A stretch of DNA of 64,000 nucleotides from Paraspadella gotoi (taxonomy: Eukaryota; Animalia; Chaetognatha). The DNA is taken from NCBI GenBank assembly GCA_051294375.1, contig CM119268.1, positions 18,931,142 through 18,995,141 on the forward strand. The letters are read 5' to 3'. A program made the position numbers and the translations under genes. The notes beneath the pieces were generated by a model. The model was not told where the DNA came from. It ran no database searches and saw only the letters and a list, made by a program, of their open reading frames with translations. Position 1 is the stretch's first letter. Every line of letters begins with the position of its first letter. This document shows positions 1 through 13,250 of the stretch, one piece after another.

Positions 1-544
1 TGTAAAGGGCGCCAAATGAAAAGAAATGGAAAGTGCGAGGGGGGAAATGGTGGAAGATATGGTTGGCTTAAGGAAAGCGTGACTAAGGGCGATGGGGAAA
101 TTGAGCACAATGATTTATGGACAAGTTTTTAAACCAAGATTTGGGAAACGCATATGGACGTGAAAGGAAAAGGGCATATTAAATAGGCGAATGAACCATA
201 ATGATATCGGTATTCGCCCGTCTATATCCGCCGTTTAACCTCCAAATTTTATGATCATCAGAGAGATCATGTCGATTTAACGAACTAGACGCAAATATAG
301 ACGCTAAAAAGAAACGGAATTTGGACCGCCTAAACTAGACGCAATTCAAAAAATGAAATAAATGCCGAGAATCATAAATTACTTTGTTTACAGTTGTCAG
401 AAGCGAATATGATTTGTTTACCTGTTTGCTTTTCTACTTTTTTTATTTACTCTTTTTTCTAATTTTCTCTTCTTTTTCTCTCCTTTTTTTTCTTTTCTTT
501 TCTTTTCTTTTTTCTTTTCTCTTTTCCTCCAACCATCTCCTCAG

Positions 545-692
545 AAATCTCAACATCGCTGGTTACGTCCTCTGTGCCTTCGGCGCCCTCCTCTTCATCT
601 TCATGCTGCTTGGCCTCTTTGGCAGCTCTTACTCCAATCAGTGCCTCTTGGGCAGCTACGTCACTTGCCTCATCGTCATCCTCATCGTTAAG
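545..692 (+). CDS. Tetraspanin internal exon (TM2-TM3)
   Basis: Pyrimidine tract + CAG acceptor, AAG|GTAAGT donor. Encodes NLNIAGYVLCAFGALLFIFMLLGLFGSSYSNQCLLGSYVTCLIVILIVK, matching the tetraspanin TM2/short loop/CLLxxY TM3 pattern. TM1 exon not found in the window. Confidence 0.88.
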
Positions 693-957
693 GTAAGTTT
701 AATGTTTAATAGCGATATTCAGAGCTTTTTTCTTTTTCTTTAACCATTTCATTATTCTTTTCTTTTCTTTTTCTTTCCTTTTTTAAAAATGTTTTTTCTT
801 TTTTTTAATGAAGAGTTATATATTACTAGGGGTTATTGAACTCTAAATTAAAACTAAAAAATCATGACAATAACCTAACAGTTCAAGTAAACTTTTTCCG
901 TTGAAGCATTAGTCTTCATCAAAATTTGCTTCATCAACTATTTCCATCATTAATATC

Positions 958-1074
<117 letters not shown>

Positions 1075-1077
1075 CAG

Positions 1078-1200
1078 ATCGGTATGTCCGTCTTCATTTA
1101 TCTCGAATGGCGTCAGTACGAGGATTCCGTCGAGAAAAACCTCCGGTCGTGGATCGTAACGGAGTTCGAGTTGCACGAGAAAAAAGTTCGAGAAATTCAG
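1078..1200 (+). CDS. Tetraspanin exon (end of TM3, start of EC2)
   Basis: (CT)n-ACCACAG acceptor, 123 nt, phase 0/0, IGMSVFIYLEWRQYEDSVEKNLRSWIVTEFELHEKKVREIQ. Donor CAG|GTTCTT is weak, but the join gives the typical IQ..CCG spacing. Confidence 0.8.
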
Positions 1201-1571
1201 GTTCTTGTGTGTGAATTTGAGTGTGAGCGTACGAGGGAGTGTAATAGTTTGTGAATAGTCTGCTTCGAAGGTCACTGAGCGTTAGAGTGTTCGAACACAT
1301 ATCTGTGCGTGATAGAGTGCGTGCAAGCGAGCATGATTGCGTTAAGTGCATGTAGTATTTTAAATGGAGAATATCGCGTTGGGCCAACGGGAGAAAACTG
1401 ACATTCTATTTACATATTTTAGTCATATTTTAGTCATATTTTAGTCACAAATCACGAAGGTTGCTCTGTCGGTACTTTGGACTTTGTCGGCTAAGTTTGC
1501 ATTAAAGGGTCTTAGTTGTGAGTCGTCGTCTGCCGAAAGAAAAGGAAATAATTAAAATGTCTTCTTTTAAG

Positions 1572-1734
1572 ACGAACAATTCTTGCTGCGGCTTCGACGG
1601 ACCCAAAGACTACGACACGACGCCTCTTAGGCGCGAGGGCTGCCCCCGGATGTTGGGGCTGGATACCATCGTGGAGACCGGATGTAGAGAGGCCATCTTG
1701 GGCAGCCTAGAGTTGAAGCTCATCATCGCCGGGG
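1572..1734 (+). CDS. Tetraspanin exon (EC2 with CCG motif)
   Basis: TTTTAAG acceptor; TNNSCCGFDGPKDY...EGCP...TGCREAILGSLELKLIIAG contains the hallmark CCG and the GC preceding TM4; G|GTGAGA donor, phase 1. Confidence 0.92.
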
Positions 1735-3212
1735 GTGAGACGGGGGTTTGGAGGAAAGGGCGGGGTTTGTTTGTTTAATGTTATAGATAAGTTTTTTTCC
1801 TTTTTTCTTTTGCACACGAAAAAGAGCATTCACACAATATTATAAATATTTAGATAAAACTTGTACAAAGTCAAAGAAATATAAACAATTTCAATAACGA
1901 CCCTAGCAATTTTAAAGTACTATAAAGTTTAGTCCGGACCGTGCCCAAACTTATTGGAGGGTCATGACGGTTACATGTACGACAGTGCGCACAGTGTCGC
2001 ATCACGCCTCTCTTAACCATACCCCAACACACTGTGGCAACGGATGTGATATCACACTTCGGAGTCAAAAGGAGAATCTGGGGACATCGAATCTCCTGAG
2101 AGAAAAATCGAGGAGACGAAGTCGCTGTGAAGTGAGCGACGCTGAGAAGGAAAAAATATGGAAAAGAAAAAAAGGGAAAAAAAAGGACTGAAGAAAATGA
2201 AGTAGAAATAGCGATGGTGTAAAAAGAAAATAAAAAGACGAANNNNNNNNNNNNNNNNNNNNNNNNNNNNNNNNNNNNNNNNNNNNNNNNNNNNNNNNNN
2301 NNNNNNNNNNNNNNNNNNNNNNNNNNNNNNNNNNNNNNNNNNNNNNNNNNNNNNNNNNNNNNNNNNNNNNNNNNNNNNNNNNNNNNNNNNNNNNNNNNNN
2401 NNNNNNNNNNNNNNNNNNNNNNNNNNNNNNNNNNNNNNNNNNNNNNNNNNNNNNNNNNNNNNNNNNNNNNNNNNNNNNNNNNNNNNNNNNNNNNNNNNNN
2501 NNNNNNNNNNNNNNNNNNNNNNNNNNNNNNNNNNNNNNNNNNNNNNNNNNNNNNNNNNNNNNNNNNNNNNNNNNNNNNNNNNNNNNNNNNNNNNNNNNNN
2601 NNNNNNNNNNNNNNNNNNNNNNNNNNNNNNNNNNNNNNNNNNNNNNNNNNNNNNNNNNNNNNNNNNNNNNNNNNNNNNNNNNNNNNNNNNNNNNNNNNNN
2701 NNNNNNNNNNNNNNNNNNNNNNNNNNNNNNNNNNNNNNNNNNNNNNNNNNNNNNNNNNNNNNNNNNNNNNNNNNNNNNNNNNNNNNNNNNNNNNNNNNNN
2801 NNNNNNNNNNNNNNNNNNNNNNNNNNNNNNNNNNNNNNNNNNNNNNNNNNNNNNNNNNNNNNNNNNNNNNNNNNNNNNNNNNNNNNNNNNNNNNNNNNNN
2901 GAAAAAAAAGAAAAGAAAGGAAAGGAGAAGGGAGGAAACAAATGAGAAAAAAAGAGACGATTGTGGCGCAAATTGAAAAGAAAGAAATGGGAAAACAAAC
3001 AATAAAAGAAAATATGACGTGAAAGGAAAAAGAATAACAAAACAGTTGTAATAGATATCAGGGAAAACTAGGAAAAAGAAAAAAAATTAAATGCCCCAAT
3101 AAAAAAAATAAGGAAAAAGTAGTAAAATGTAAAAAAGAACTAAAGTTAAATGGAAAAAGAAAGAAAAGGAAAGACTGAAAAAACAGGAAAGAAAGAAAGC
3201 AAGAAAGAAAGC

Positions 3213-3284
<72 letters not shown>

Positions 3285-4016
3285 ATAATATGAAAGAAAG
3301 AAATCACTATCGCCTGAGGAAATGGATTGAATAAAAAAGAGCATCGCTTTTTTGATCGGCGCCATCCACTTTTTCCGGCGCTTTCGATTCCAATCTTTCC
3401 GGCGCCACACTTCACGCCGGCGTCATCCACTTTGACGGATTTTTCTGAAATAGAACTTGACGTCGATTTCTCGGGAAACTTGACTTATTTACTTCTTCGC
3501 TGGATTTCAAAGATGTCGCCTTCAATCTGGTGTTACGGAAATCACTCAATATGCCATCATTCATTTTGTGAAATAGCCAATAGCGATGCCACTATTCACC
3601 GTTATCACTTATCAGTATCCCCTAGAGTTTTTTTCTCTCAAAAAGAATTTTACAGTGTCAATGACCTCCGCAAGATTGAGAGGTTCTTGGTTCCACCTCC
3701 AAAAACAATCGTTTGTCTCGCGTCAATGAATCGTCTGAGTTGGAGGGCGGGTAGGGGGGGGGGAAGAATTCAGCGGAGGAGGAGGAAGAGAAAAAAAATG
3801 AAGGGATTTATTGAGATTCATCGAATTTTTTGTCTCCTGTTTTTACGTTTTTTTCTTTAACAATGCTTGAATTCTAACAATAAAATGTTGGCTTATAACA
3901 ATTTTCTTTTTATACATATCATTATACGTAGACCCACCTTTGCTACCCACCTTTCCCGTTTCCTTCCCTCCTCACCCATCCCCCACCCACCCCCGATCCA
4001 CCCCTCACCCCTACAG

Positions 4017-4114
4017 CCATCGGTCTCGGTGTCGCCCTCTTCGAGATTCTCGGCGTCGCCCTCGCCAACGTCCTCGTCTGCAGTTTGAGAAGCGACGTTT
4101 ATTATTACGATTGA
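4017..4114 (+). CDS. Tetraspanin last coding exon (TM4 and tail)
   Basis: CCCCTACAG acceptor in phase 1 gives AIGLGVALFEILGVALANVLVCSLRSDVYYYD*, with the polar E within TM4 typical of tetraspanins. Confidence 0.85.
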
Positions 4115-5599
4115 CGCCAGCTAATTCCCCTTCGAGACAGTGGGCGCCCAAAGAGGATAGGTATCGTAAAATTGTAATATTATTGTGAGGGGAAAGAAAC
4201 TGCTACAAGTATGGTGTACTAAAATGTCAATTGTTTCGGCGCATCGACTATCGGACTGGTCTTTTGTTTTATGTAAGCCTCACTTCGAACTTTATTTGCA
4301 TATTAACAACGGACTAAGAAACGAAAGAAGGCACGAACTAACGAAGTAGAAAAAGAAAGAGACGAACTAAAATGTCTCATAACAACCCGAAAACTATAAT
4401 TAAAAAGTAAATTAAATAGTAAAAAACTTACCCACGACTTACCCTTGCGCGTTTTTCGCCGACGCAGCGAGGAACGTGACCGCGACGACGTTCGTGGCGA
4501 CGAGGGAAACTGTGATGTAGGCGCTGAGGGATGGGTGAGGTCAAGGGCGGTGACGGAGGCGTCGATCGCGAACCTTACCTTTAACTTGTTGGTGATTAAA
4601 GATAAGGGAAGCGAATGGTCGCCCTCTTCCCCTCCTTAAATCACTCTCCTCACGTAAGCGCCCTTCCTGCGTCGGGCGTTGATCCTCGCAACAGAATCGA
4701 GGCTCACGTAAGCCATTTCTTTTCTTGTTCTTTTGTTTTGTTTTTGTGTTCTTTTTATGTCATTTGTTTTGTTTTTTTGTTCTTCGTCGCGCGTATGCAA
4801 GCAATGTCTCGAAAAATGTCGCGTTTTGTCTTATCTATTTAAAATTTAAAGAGTTTTTTTTAATAATGTTATTGTTTACAAATTCGAGATTTTTCGAGCC
4901 CAAAATTGAGAAAAAACCTTCGGTTGTCGCGCCATTCACCTTTCTGCGTCATATTTAACAAGTTACCATCCACTGCATCCAAATTTATTCACTGATATGA
5001 ATCGTATTTTTTAAATCGACAAACGTTAGATAATAACAATTAACAAATCGTCAGTCTCATATAGCTCGTTTCAAAGCACGATGAATTTCTTTAATGACAC
5101 TTAGTTCTTGTTTTAAAAATGTTTTATTTCATCGAATATTTAAACAAAATAAGAAAAAATGATGACTTGAGACACAAACCCAGGGTCGCATGTTATTTTT
5201 CTGGTAGTTGTTCGTGTTGCCTAAAAAAACGCCTGATCACGTTCGTTAACGTATTAAAACTTATAAACACCAAAAGGGAAAAAATCACGAAATCACTCGA
5301 CACACACATTTCGTACGAATATTTGACAAGCATGAAAAACAGCTAACTGTAATAGAACGAATTGCACGGACTTAAACAGTTTGTAAAACATTTTCAATAA
5401 CCGTTAAACTAGCAACAAAAAATGTGATTTATCTTTATCTTTTTTTTTAAACTTTTTTCTTCTCTTTTTCCTTTCTATTTTCTTATGTCCTCTTCATCTT
5501 CCTCTGCATCTTTTTTCATCTCTTTTCTTTTACTTTTCTCCCTTCTTATTTTCTATTATTCGAATTGCCTCTCTTATATCTTCGTCCCTCTTTTCTCAG

Positions 5600-5677
5600 G
5601 ACCGACGAAACAGTTTCCCAGTCGCCATTGGTCACCTCTCGATCCTCAAGGTCCCACTATGACTGCTTATCGCCGAG
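5600..5677 (+). other. Candidate exon (5' leader or short first coding exon MTAYRR)
   Basis: TTTTCTCAG acceptor and GAG|GTAAGG donor; ATG at 5659 is in phase with the GC-rich exon candidate starting at 6371. Confidence 0.45.
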
Positions 5678-5854
5678 GTAAGGTCCAGGGGAGAGATAAG
5701 GGTAATGGCATCGAGGGACCATAATTACAATTAAAATCAAGCAGTTTCAGAAAGAAAGTGATCAATCTCTATGATTGTTTGAAGGTTAAATGAAAGAGCA
5801 GCTTCTTATAAATGATGAGAGACAGAAAGTTGAGCTCGTTCATGGACTATCTCT

Positions 5855-5932
<78 letters not shown>

Positions 5933-6370
5933 GACCACATAACCAGATCCTTTAATGTCCTAAACTGCTTTCTCGATTCAATATTAACGAAACAGCGAAA
6001 CAAATGGACGCTTCTGGCGACAATAAAAAGGGGAAACGAAAAAGGAGGAAAAAATAGGGGCGAGAAATAGATAAATGGATAAATGGATAAATGACGGACG
6101 AAATGGACGAAAAAGGGAAATGAAATATGAGGGTTGAAATAGAAGAAAAGCGAGACGAAAACTGATGGAAAAAATTAGGATGAGACTGAAAAATTTAAAA
6201 AGTTGTACAAAGTTGTTCATTGTACAATGTATATAACGCATATATTTTTTGAACTTTTTTATATTTTAAACGTATATTAAATTTTTAAACTGTATGAAAA
6301 ACTGTATGATAAATTGTATAAGAAAACTCGGTCGACATCCACCCATCCCTCTTCGACATTCCCTTCCCAG

Positions 6371-6801
6371 CGCTAAAAGGTCGTCACGTTAGCGAGCACC
6401 ACAGATGGCGCCCGTCTTCGCTTCCGCCGATGCCGTCGACTCTCACGGAGGCGCCGCGTTACTTTCCATCGCCGATGGCGTCGCCGCGTCAACGTCTCCC
6501 GCGCGTCAAATCTCGCGACGACGACCACAACGCTGCCACCGGAGCGGAAAATAGCGCCGTCGCCGCCGCCGAAGTAGACGACGCCGGTTTCCCGCAGCGC
6601 ATGCGCGCGTTCGTTCCGGCGTCGGAGGCGGCGTCACCGTCGTCCCCACCGACGCCGCGATCGCCGACGACGCCGGAGACTCGATCGTCGGCGTCGCGTC
6701 GATCGTCGACTCCTCGGCCGATCGAAGACAGGACTCACTTGCGTAACACGTGGAACACGGCCTGGAACGCTGCTTGGTTCGAAGGGGAATTTAAAATATA
6801 A
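6371..6801 (+). CDS. GC-rich Ser/Pro/Arg-rich exon candidate, 3' boundary uncertain
   Basis: CCCTTCCCAG acceptor; phase-1 join from 5677 reads ALKGRHVSEHHRWRPSSLPP into ORF 6430-6801. No strong donor found. Confidence 0.4.
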
Positions 6802-7785
6802 AACACAAATTTAATGCATTCTCTATTTTATTGAGATCGCTATGATCTTTTGTTTTTCTCCCACAAATTGCGCGCCATCTATCGAGATTACAAAAAAACT
6901 TTTCTTTTTTTTTTTCAAATGATTTTACCGATCGATTGTTCAATTGTTCTTTTAAAATGAATCTTCGACATTCTCTCGTATTAATGAATATAACACGCAG
7001 AATCATGCATACATATATGTTGCTCATTGTACATATATAAAGTTTTTCCTTGCATTTTGTTTTCTCACCACGCCGCATTTTGTTTTCGTTGTTGTTGTTC
7101 CCAAACGTTTATGATGGAATAAAAACTTTTAAATTTGCTTCGTAGCCAAATTCACGACCGAAGAAAAACAAATAAAGGTCGTTAGCCTTTTGTTTCGCCT
7201 TTTCGCGAATTTTTTTTTTTTTCGGAAATTGCATCCACTATTTAATATTTATGGCACAAAAAGGAAAAAAAAAAATTAAGGACGTATAAATTAGTTATAC
7301 CGTAGACTAATACTAATAGAGTTTTTCTCCTCTCTCTCTCTCTCTCACGATTCCTTTTGGAAATAAAAATCTGTTTCAATCGTTTATTTTTTTTTTGTTT
7401 TTTTTTTCAATTGCCGCTTGTGTGTTCGTATCGACCACTCCGTTTTTTGTTTGAATTATGACAAAAAAAATCGCTCATTATTTTTAAGGAAATAAAACAA
7501 TTTGTCTTTTAAAAGTGGACTTTTTTTCTCTTTTTTTTTCTAATTGTAGTGCGCTTTCAAATCAATTCGCTTCTCATGAAAATGTTGCTGCAAATACTGA
7601 ATTCGCGGCAGAAGCGAATTTTCCTCGATGACATGTCCGGGTCAATACGACTCAGCCTCGCAAATTGATCTCTCGCTCTTTCACTCACTCTCCATCTTTG
7701 CCCTCTCCATCACTTCAAATTTTGTTTGCCTGAAAAATAGTGTTTTCGCTGAAATCCATTAAATCCGGCGCTGCTCCCTCATCTG

Positions 7786-7877
<92 letters not shown>

Positions 7878-8469
7878 TCTCTTCTACCCTTTCTAGAGAG
7901 TCAATAGTTCTATCTTTGTAATTCTCTTTTCTATTTCTCTCTAACTCTAACTCTAATCCTTCGTCGTCGTAGCACCGACAAATTCTTTTTCGAATATAAT
8001 AATATAATAATATAATATAATAATATAATATAAATAAAAAAATATTACTTTCTCTCCGTACTCCTACTCTAGTCTACCTCCTAGAAACTTTCCTCTGAAA
8101 AATTACGATCAGGAAAATCGGAGATCTCTCTTTGTTTATATTTTCTTATTAATTAAGAAATCTTATTTAACAAATAACGCAGTAAAACGGCCAGATTTAA
8201 TAGGCGACGACGTCAAAGCTTAACGATTTCGTGTATTGAAATTTGTGAAGCTTATCCCTTTTTTTAGGAGAAGTTGGCTATTGGCCAATAGTCAATGGTC
8301 TCCGCTCCTCATCAGAATTCAGAACCAAGAATTCATGATCTTCGTAATTAGGAGTAGCCGCACTCAATGGGGTGAGTCAAAAATTTTGAGTGAAAGTACT
8401 ATGTCTCAAACGAATATTTAGACATTTTAAGATACTTTCAATGGACCAAAAATTCTTAATATGGCTCTA

Positions 8470-8815
8470 TACCTAGTAATTAATTTTTTAATATTTATTT
8501 ATAGATAGGAAAGGCCAAAAATTTTTTTTTGAATTTTTAAATTTTAAGACCAGATTCAGATAGCTCATAAAAAGTTGTCTACACAAAGTATGATTCTTTT
8601 TTAAATATTTTTACGATAAGTGTGTCAAAAATAAAAAAACTGTAAAAAATCATCATCATCATCATCATCTTTCGATGATTTTATCAGTTTTTTTATATTT
8701 TCACTTAGAAAACGTAAGAATTTTTAAAAGCTGTAATTATATTTCTTGTTTAACTTTTTATGCTCTATCAGAATCCATCAAAAAATTTTAAGATTTTAAA
8801 AAAATATTTTTTGCT
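8470..8815. mobile_element. Palindromic MITE/foldback-like element, copy 1
   Basis: Imperfect hairpin (GATTCAGATAGCTCATAAAAAGTT vs AACTTTTTATGCTCTATCAGAATC) around a central (CAT)n; homologous copies at ~39085 and ~61995. Confidence 0.65.
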
Positions 8816-8976
8816 CAATATAGTAATATTATATTTTTAATTAGGCGAGTACCCTCAGAAGAAAGCATTTTTGACAAAAAATATTTTAATACCATAATCT
8901 ATGGTCATGATAGATTATTTTAACGCTGTATACATTAGCATTTAAATTTCATCGGCTATGGCTATCGTAATGAGAC

Positions 8977-9033
<57 letters not shown>

Positions 9034-10196
9034 CTCGTCTCTCTCTCTCTCTCTCTTTCTTTCTCTCTCCCTCTCTCTTCGATATCCATGAGGAAAAGGG
9101 AAATCGAGAAATTCGGCGCAAAGAAATCAAACCTTTTTTTTCTTTTATTTTTTTTATTTCCTTTTTTACTTTTTATTCTTTATTCATGGTTTTCGTTTCT
9201 GCTCCGACGAAATTTAATCCTTGAAACTTCGTCTAACTTAACGAATATTTTCACTATTTTTAATATCTTTAGTATCGTTTTTTACTCGTGCGTATGTTTC
9301 ACCGTTTCTCACGCCATTTTTTCCATTTTTCATTTTTCGGTATAGTTATTATTAGTAAAGCCCTGATATTAAAAAAAGAAAAAAACAAAAAAAGCTACGA
9401 CGGATTTTGTTTACCTGTCATTAAAAGGTCCGTTTGGTTGACAGAACGGCAACATATCTATTTTGAGAATGCCACATATCTGTTTGTTCATCCCAGAATT
9501 CAATTTTACCTTCAGTATTTAACCTAAATATATTTTTAAACTTATAAACTAATCCCTAACCCTAATTTTTAACTCTAACCTAATCCTAAACACAAACCCT
9601 AAAAGGAGAGAGAGAGAATGTCTGATAACGAAAAATGTTCCAAAGTCGAAACGTTCCAAGAAGAGGAGAGTCCCAGTCTTCGATTGATAAAAGTCTCCGA
9701 AAATTTAGTAGATAAACTTGGAATTTTGTGGTTCTGGTATTAACTAGAATTTTTAAACAGAACTTGAGGTAAACCGGACGAAACATACATAAATAAAATA
9801 TAACGTTTTATATACAGCTATTGCATTGCTCGAGAATCAAGATTCAAGATTAATATGAATTGGTTTTACACTCCCGGAAGGATCTAGAGAAAATTATACT
9901 GTTCAATGATATATTTCCAAAAGTTAACTTGTAGCCGCACAGCAGTTCCTGCGCTAATGAATGAATCTCTTGACATTTCGAATAACATCATTTAACACAC
10001 GACGGCATTTCAGCATTCAAAGCACTTCAGCATTTCAGCATCTCCTTGTTCGACTGACGAGCCCGTCAATCAAGAGTCGCCCGAGGCAGCGACGGACTGA
10101 CTCTTCTTTACGTCATCCGGGGCGCAATCAATATCCACATCCGGGGTTTCGCATCATTAATTCAGGGACGTGATCCATTGAAGACGGGCAAAAAAA

Positions 10197-10298
<102 letters not shown>

Positions 10299-10362
10299 AA
10301 TGTGAGGCAGACTTTTTCCGGCCTTCGATTTTGCCTGTTTTTATTTGTTTTTTTTTTCTTCT

Positions 10363-10423
<61 letters not shown>

Positions 10424-10619
10424 CTCTCTCTCTCTACAGACTAACGGCGACGCCTCGCCTGGGACTCGGAGGCGTGGCAGAGGAAAAAAGAGGAACTCGC
10501 CGAGCGGCGTCGACAGTTGACATCGGGTTTGTCTGGCGTCGGCAGCGGCGTCGTCAGCGTCGGCAGCATCGGCGGCAGCGTCGGCGGAAGCGTCCTGACT
10601 GGGCACAGCAACGCCATGA

Positions 10620-10691
10620 ATGGGTTCGGACACGGGGGCGCCTCGCTCGCTAGCGCCGCGCGCTTCATTGCAGGTTGGATGCAAAGGGAGG

Positions 10692-10789
<98 letters not shown>

Positions 10790-12460
10790 GCACAAACGAT
10801 GACTGCTCAATGCTTAATGTGACAACAGACGCCTCTTCTGTTTCACAGTCGCATAGTTAGTGAGAAGTGGCACTCCGTTTTACCACTTGTTTGATGATTC
10901 CGACCAGAGCGAATACAATGACGAGTACTAGATCACAGACAATCACGCCTCTTGCTTTCATTCGATTCACGAATCACTAACCGTGAGGACCCCACATAAC
11001 CTCACGACCTCACACAACGACAATTCCAAGAGACGACAATAGCAAAACGATACAACGACGCTTTTATACGAGACCGACTGTAACGCCTTTACATGATCAG
11101 ATGACCACAACACGTGACCATTAGAGTGGAGCACTGGAGAACATGAATTGTATTTGAGTGAACAAACAATGATATTTAAGCGTAAGATAGTATGATTAAG
11201 GAGTACAAAAATATTTTGCTTATATTGTTTAGGAAACAGCAGCATTTATTACAATATATTTATAGTAATATCCTTATAAAATCATAAATTTTCAAAATAA
11301 TTTTTTTTAAATCTTTATTAAAGATTCTGATTCTTCATAAAAAGTTAGATTAAAAATATAAAACCTGTTATTAAAAAATTCAATGTCTTCAGCATCCAAA
11401 ATGAAAAAAAAGGTCAAATTCTCTACTTTTTTACGCGTTGTAATAAAAACTATTATGATGAAACGTTTTGGTCATTTTTCGCAGCTTTGACTTAAAAATA
11501 TTGTATAACATATTTTACAAAAGCTTTTCAGTTTTTTCTGGTAAATCCGAAACTGTTCTTAAAATTAAAAAAATATGATTTTATACTTTTATGATTTTAT
11601 AAGGATATTACTATAAAAAAAATTCAATTAATGATACTGTTATGCAAATTTTTTTTAATAAAAGGGTTTAATTTTGTTTTATTATATTTAGAAAGGCAGC
11701 AAAAAAATATTGTTCTATCGCTCAATATTTTCATCACTCCACCCTAGTGACCAAAGGACCACATCGAGACGACCACTGCTTTCCACGAGACACACGACTT
11801 TTCCCCCGCGTCTCGTTTATCGCGGATTTCTTTCCGCTCGACCGCCACTTTTCTTTTCTTTCCGCCCTTTTGTTTTTGTTTTTGTTTTTTTTTGTTGCTT
11901 TTTTTGTTTTTTTATTATTTTTTGTTTATGCTCTGCTTTCGTTTGTTTATGTCGTCCCGTTTCTTTTCAGCGTTGGTAGTTTAGTATTCTTTTTCTGTTT
12001 CATGGATTCGCTCTCTTTGGTCTGTTTTCTTCTTTGCTTGGCACAGAACGGATTGTAACTTGTATCTATTTAAAAATAATACAATTTTAAGACAGGCGAC
12101 AAGAGATGAGATCTATATTAAACAATATTAAATATCAATATTAAAGTTACAATACTTCTTCCCAGGGATCTCGCCAAGCCAAAATCGACGCCATTTTAGG
12201 GTCCAGTTATCAAAGGTGAGTCATCGCCCTTACCCCTAACCCCTTAGCCCTTGCTCCCTTATCTTTTTGTACCCCATCCTAACCCTCAACGTCTTCCACC
12301 CATAACCCCCTCCCCTTTTTTTCATCCCCTCAGCCCCGCACGCACTCCGACCTCGGCACCGGAATCGCGTGATTGGATACGCAACTTTCGGTCTCAGCCC
12401 GGCGGCGCCATCCAAAGATCTCTATCTCGGGAGTCGCCGGTTCGAGCCCTGCCTTCGGAG
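10620..12460 (+). CDS. Candidate N-terminal module A of the large + gene (exons 10620-10673, 12166-12215, 12334-12460)
   Basis: GT-AG boundaries give a continuous frame MGSDTGAPRSLAPRASLQ|GSRQAKIDAILGSSYQ|SPARTPTSAPESRDWIRNFRSQPGGAIQRSLSRESPVRALPSE ending in phase 0. The start codon is uncertain. Confidence 0.55.
11240..11640. mobile_element. MITE-like element with inverted repeats
   Basis: 30-bp perfect inverted repeat TTTATAGTAATATCCTTATAAAATCATAAA (11259-11288 vs 11588-11617), AT-rich non-coding interior. Confidence 0.65.
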
Positions 12461-12923
12461 GTGAGTTTTCCGATGAAGAAGAGAAAAAAAAGGTTCCGTA
12501 ATTAATTTTATGTTAAGTCTTAATAATTATATGTTCATCAATAATCGATTATCGCTACGATATTAGCGATTGCTCGTTTTGATTTCCGTACGACACCACG
12601 ACACTGACGACGACGACGACGACGACGACGACCATGATGATTCCAACGTCGATGTATTTGCTTTCCTTTTTCTATCGCCTCTATTGTTTACGCTCGAGTA
12701 GTTTCCTCTCACTTGTTTGTTATCGACGATTTCCATGACAACGAGATTGTTGAGTACGACGACGACGACGTTGTACGAAGGCGACGTAAGCGTAAAGGCG
12801 TCAACAATGACGCGGTTCCTCGACAACAAAGTACTAGCAAGTATCAGAATATCCCCCGCGGGACAAACTAGAAATTTACTCGAAGCAAAATGGTGAATGA
12901 GCCAGAGATCTATTTATTATTAT

Positions 12924-12965
<42 letters not shown>

Positions 12966-13130
12966 TTAAATGACAATTCTTCGGCCAAGTCTTTTCCACG
13001 TACCGTCGGTTCTGAAAAAGTTTTTCTCGTTCTTGAACTGCAGACTCAATCCCGTAGATCTGCACGGAAGAATCTCATTTTCTTTTTCCTTATTTCTCTC
13101 ATCGTCAGTTGACAAGTGAAAGAGTCAACC

Positions 13131-13250
13131 ATGGATGAGGATAGATGTCCTAAGAGTAGCGATCAAAAACAAAAGACATTGCAACGAGTCCGGTTATCGA
13201 ACCCGAACGTTGATCGCTTCCTCGGAGAGATAGAAGAAAAAGAAGGTCAG
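13131..13250 (+). CDS. Candidate N-terminal module B of the large + gene
   Basis: Acceptor at 13108, CAACC-ATG-G context, MDEDRCPKSSDQKQKTLQRVRLSNPNVDRFLGEIEEKEGQ; donor either CAG|GCAAGC (phase 0) or AAG|GTCAGG at 13245 (phase 1). Confidence 0.4.

Noticed and set aside
1871-3040. Long ORFs spanning N runs (also 62648-63889)
   Set aside because: Open only because of assembly gaps; only the LINE RT portion is meaningful.
9553-9600. Telomere-like CCCTAA/CCTAA repeats (also ~12230 and ~46455)
   Set aside because: Only 2-4 degenerate units; not an array.
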